From: the human T2T-CHM13v2.0 reference genome, Homo sapiens
Direction: 5' to 3' (one strand)
NCBI RefSeq assembly: GCF_009914755.1
Contig: NC_060931.1
Length of the DNA stretch: 64,000 nt
A model generated the notes under the pieces. It saw only the letters and a list, made by a program, of their open reading frames with translations, ran no database searches and was not told the origin of the DNA. The translations under genes were made by a program, and so were the position numbers. How positions within the stretch are numbered: position 1 is the first letter of the stretch; each line of letters begins with the position of its first letter. This document shows positions 59,995 through 64,000 of this stretch, in pieces.

Positions 59995-62900
59995 TTTTAA
60001 ACAGCTTTTTTGAGGTATAACTGATATACAATGGACTAAACATATTTAATGTCTACAAGTTGATGAATTTGGGCATATACAAATACCATTATACGTTTTA
60101 TTGTAAGAGTACTTAACATGAAATCTACCCTCTTACAAAATTCTGTAGTGTATACTACCATATTGTTAACTATAAGCAGTATGTTATACAGCAGATCTTT
60201 AGAACTTACTCATCTAGCATAAATGAAACTTTTATACCCATTAAACAACTCTCCATGCCCATCTGCTAGCCCTCATAAACTGTTATTGTATTTTCTGCTT
60301 CTAAGAGTTTGGCTATTATAGATACCTCACACAAGAGGAATAATATAGTATAATTCCTTCTGTGACGTGCTTATTTCACTTAGAGTTCCAAATTTCAGGA
60401 TCATCCATGTTGTTGCAAAAGGCAGGATTTTCTTCTTCTCTAAGTTTATATAATATTCCATGGTATGTATTAATATATAGCACATTTTTAATCCATTCAT
60501 TGGTCTATGAATTCTTGGGTTGCTTCTGTGTCTTGGCTATTGTGATTAATGCTGCCATGACAATGAGAATGCAGGTATCTCTTCAATATCCTCTTTTCAA
60601 TTCTTTTAAATATATATGTAGAAATGAGGTTGCTGGATCATCTAGTAGTTCTGTTTTCAAGTTTTTGAGCAATCACTACACTGTTTTTCATAGGTACAGA
60701 ACTATTTTACATTCTTACGAAGAGTGTAGAAGGGTTCCAATAAATACACATTCTTGCCAATATTTGTTTTCATTTTTTAATAATACCCATCTTAACAGAT
60801 ATGAGGTGATATCTCATTATAATTTCAATTTGCATTTTTCTGATAATTAATGAGTTGAGCATGTTTTATACACCTTTAGGACATTTGTATGTCTTCTTTG
60901 AAAAAATGTATATTCAAATACTTGGCCCATTTTTAATTGGGTTTTTTATTTTAATTTTTTTGCTATTGAATTATAGGAGTTTCTTACATATTTTGAAAAT
61001 TAACCTTTTATCAGGTATATGGTTTGAAAGTATTTTCTTTTCCATTGAGTAGGTTGCCTTTTTTAGTTGATTCCTTTGCTGGGCAGAAAATTTTTAGTTT
61101 GATGTAGTTTCACTTCTCTATTTTTGCTTTTGCTGCCTGTGCTTTTGGTGTTACATCCAAGAAGTCATTGCAAAAATCAGTGTCCACCTCTTCACTGTGT
61201 TTTTTTTCTAGGAGTTTTACAGTTTCAGGTCTTACATTTAATTCTTTAATCTATTTTGAGTTTTTCTATGTATAAGGTAAATTAGGGATTCAATTTTATT
61301 TACTTTGCTGTCAGTTTTCTTTTGGATATCCAGTTTTTCCAGCATAATTTATTGATGAGATTATCTTTTTCCCATCTGTATTCGGGAAGTCCTTGTCAAA
61401 GACAAATATGTGTGGATTTATTATTTTAGCTCTTTATTCTGTTCTATTGGTGTATATGTTTGTCTTTATGCTGCACCCATACTTCAGGTTTTACTGAATA
61501 ATTGTGGCATAATTGAAATTAAGGAATTTGATATCTTCAGCTTTGTTCTGGCTCAAAATCTCTTTAGCTATCTGGATTTTTTAGTTTGTGGTTATACACA
61601 AATTTTAGGACTTTTTATGTTTCTGTAAAAAACCACTCAAAATCTTGCCACTGAGATTTTGGCGAGATAAGAATGAATCTGTAGATTCCTTTGGATAATG
61701 TGGACCATTTAATAATATTAAGTCTTCCAATCCATGAACATGGGATGTCTTTCCATTTATTTACATCCACTTTAATTTCATTTGTTACAAATTTCGTTTT
61801 TTTCAGTGTACAAATCTTTTATCTCCTTGATTAATCTTGAGTCTATTACTTTTCTGATGCAATTGTAAATGTAGTTGTTTTAATAATTTTCTTTTTGAAT
61901 GGCTTGTTTTCAGTCTATATAAGCACAACTGAATTTTGTATGTTGATTATGTGTTCTACAAGTTTGCTGAATTTATTTATTAGATCTAATACTATGTGTG
62001 TGTGGGGGTATGGTCTTTAAGGTTTCCTACACATAGGATCATGTCCTCAGGGATACTTTTGCTTTTTATTTCTGATTTAGATTCTTTTATTTCTTTTCTT
62101 TGTCTAATTGTTTTGCTAAGACTTCCAGTATAATGCAGAATAGAAGTGGCAAGAGTAAGAATCCTAGTCTTCCTCCTGATATTAGAGGTAAAGCTTTCAA
62201 TTTTTCATAGTTGAGTGCATTATCTTTCTCTTATCCTGGAGAATATATTTCAAAACCCCCAGTAGATGTAAGAAACAATAGATAGTACTAAGTCTCATGT
62301 ATACTATGTATTTTTCTATAAATATATAACTATGATAAAGTTTAATTTCTAAACTAGACACAGTACTCTTATGTTTTGGGACCTTATTAAGTAAAATAAG
62401 GGTTACCTGAACACCAACACTGTAATACCATAACAGTCAATTGGATAACTGATACAGCTACTAAGTGACTAATGGGTGGTTAGTATATGTTCAATAAGGA
62501 TGTGCTGGAAAAAGGGATGGTTCACATCCTGGCTGGGATGGAATAGGACAGCAAGATATTTCATCATACTAAGAATGGCACACAATTGGAAACTTATTCA
62601 TTATTTATTTCTGGAATTTTCCATTTAATATTTTGGACTGTCGTTGGCCACACTCTACTGAAACTTTCTACTGAAACTGTAGGAAGTAAAACTGCAAATA
62701 AGGGGTGACTAATGTATGATGTTAGCTGTGGGTTTGTCATATAGGGACTTCATTATGTTAAGGTACATCCTTCTTCACATAGTTTGTTGAACATTTTTAT
62801 CATGTTGGTGTAATTGTTTATGGTAGTCTCTTATGATACTTTGTATTTATGTGGCATCACTTGTAGAGTCTCCTTCTATTCTGATTTTATTTGGATCTTG

Positions 62901-64000
62901 TTTATTAATTTATTTATAAATTCAATTCTAATTTTATTTGGATCCTGTTTATTAATTAATTTATTAATTTGGATCTTGTTTCCTTTTTCTTAGTTATTCC
63001 AGCTAAAGCTTTGTCAATTTTGTTTATCTTTTGAAAAAACAATTTTGGTTTAGTTGATTTTTTTTCTATTGTTTTCCTAGCGTCCATTTTATTTATTCCT
63101 TCTCTAATCATCATCATTTCCTTTCTTCTACTAACTTGGGACATAGTCTGTTCTTTCTTTAGTCCCTTGAAGTTAATGTTAGAATGCTTATTTGAGAAGG
63201 CTCTTCATTTTTAATGTAAGTATTTATAATTATAAACTTCCTTCTTAGTACTGCTGTTGCTGCATCTTATAAGTTTTGGTATACTGTGTTTTTATTTGCA
63301 TTTGTCCCACGATATTTTCTGATTTCCCTTTGTTTCATCTTTGGTCCACTGGTTGTTTAGGAGTGTGTTGTTTAATTTCCAAATATTTGTAAATTTTCTG
63401 ATTTTCCTTTTATTATTTTTAGTTTCATACACTTGTGGTTAGAAGAGACATTTGATGTGATTTCAATCTTTGTAAATATTTTAATATTTGTTTTATGGCC
63501 TAATATGTGATCATTTCTCATGTGATCATTTCTGGAGAAAGTTTTATGTGCAGTTGAAAAGAATGTATATGTTGCTGTTGCTGGGTGGAATGTTTTGTAT
63601 GTATCTGATAGGCGTATTTAGTCTACAGTTTGTTTCAAGTCATGTGTTTCCTTACTGATTCTCTGTTTGGATATTTTATTCCTTGTTGAAAGTGGGGTTT
63701 TGAAGTCCCCTACTAATATTATACTGCTTTCTATTATTCCCTTCAGTTCTATTAATATTTGCTTTATATACTTAGGTGTTCTGATGTTGGTCGCATATAT
63801 ATTTATAATTGCTATATCTTCCTGATGAATTTATTATCATATGATGTCCCTCTTTAACCCTCATGACAGTTTTTTATTTAATGTCTATTTTTCTAAAATA
63901 AATATAGCCATTTCTACCCTTTAGTTTATCATTTTCATGGAATATATTTTTTCTTCACTTTGCTTTCAGAATATAGCTGAATTTTGTTTATTCATTCAGC
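59995..64000 (-). mobile_element. L1MA9/10-like LINE-1 (3'UTR and ORF2), runs off the window edge
   Basis: 'acagctttttgaggtataactga...acttaacatgaaatctaccctctta'; antisense ORF2 motifs ('gttgaaagtggggttttgaagtcccctact'). Confidence 0.85.
62218..62714. mobile_element. MER44/Tigger7-derived MITE inserted in the L1MA
   Basis: Degenerate TIRs cattatctttctcttatcc and ataaggggtgactaatg; TA-type target; host 'ttgagt|atgatgttagctgtggg' is contiguous. Confidence 0.85.

Noticed and set aside
60362-60850. 162-aa hydrophobic ORF
   Set aside because: Antisense reading of T-rich L1MA sequence

Overview
Primate (hominoid, most likely human) AT-rich intronic or intergenic DNA, made up largely of interspersed repeats. 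No host protein-coding gene, RNA gene or CRISPR/prokaryotic feature is recognisable, and nearly all ORF-track entries are L1, Alu or LTR fragments or microsatellite translations. Main contents: a full-length but inactivated L1PA7-like element (12530-18950); a 5'-truncated L1PA5/6; a 185-bp twin-primed L1PA3/4; an internally deleted L1PB carrying a THE1 provirus and an Alu; an old L1PA16-like element with a young complex duplication; older L1M/L2/MIR relics; ten Alus; THE1, MLT1, MLT2, LTR16/33-like and MER66-like LTRs; three DNA-transposon relics; and an intact CpG-rich solo LTR12C (31236-32900) nested in an MLT2A2 LTR. Subfamily names come from recalled consensus sequences and need RepeatMasker/Dfam confirmation. 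I found no evidence for a new multi-gene system. The best leads are (i) the LTR12C promoter with a nearby splice donor and a speculative downstream Ser/Thr-rich terminal exon, (ii) a template-switch duplication with a fold-back hairpin junction, (iii) a THE1 provirus whose two LTRs look like different variants, and (iv) several well-preserved retrotransposition scars.
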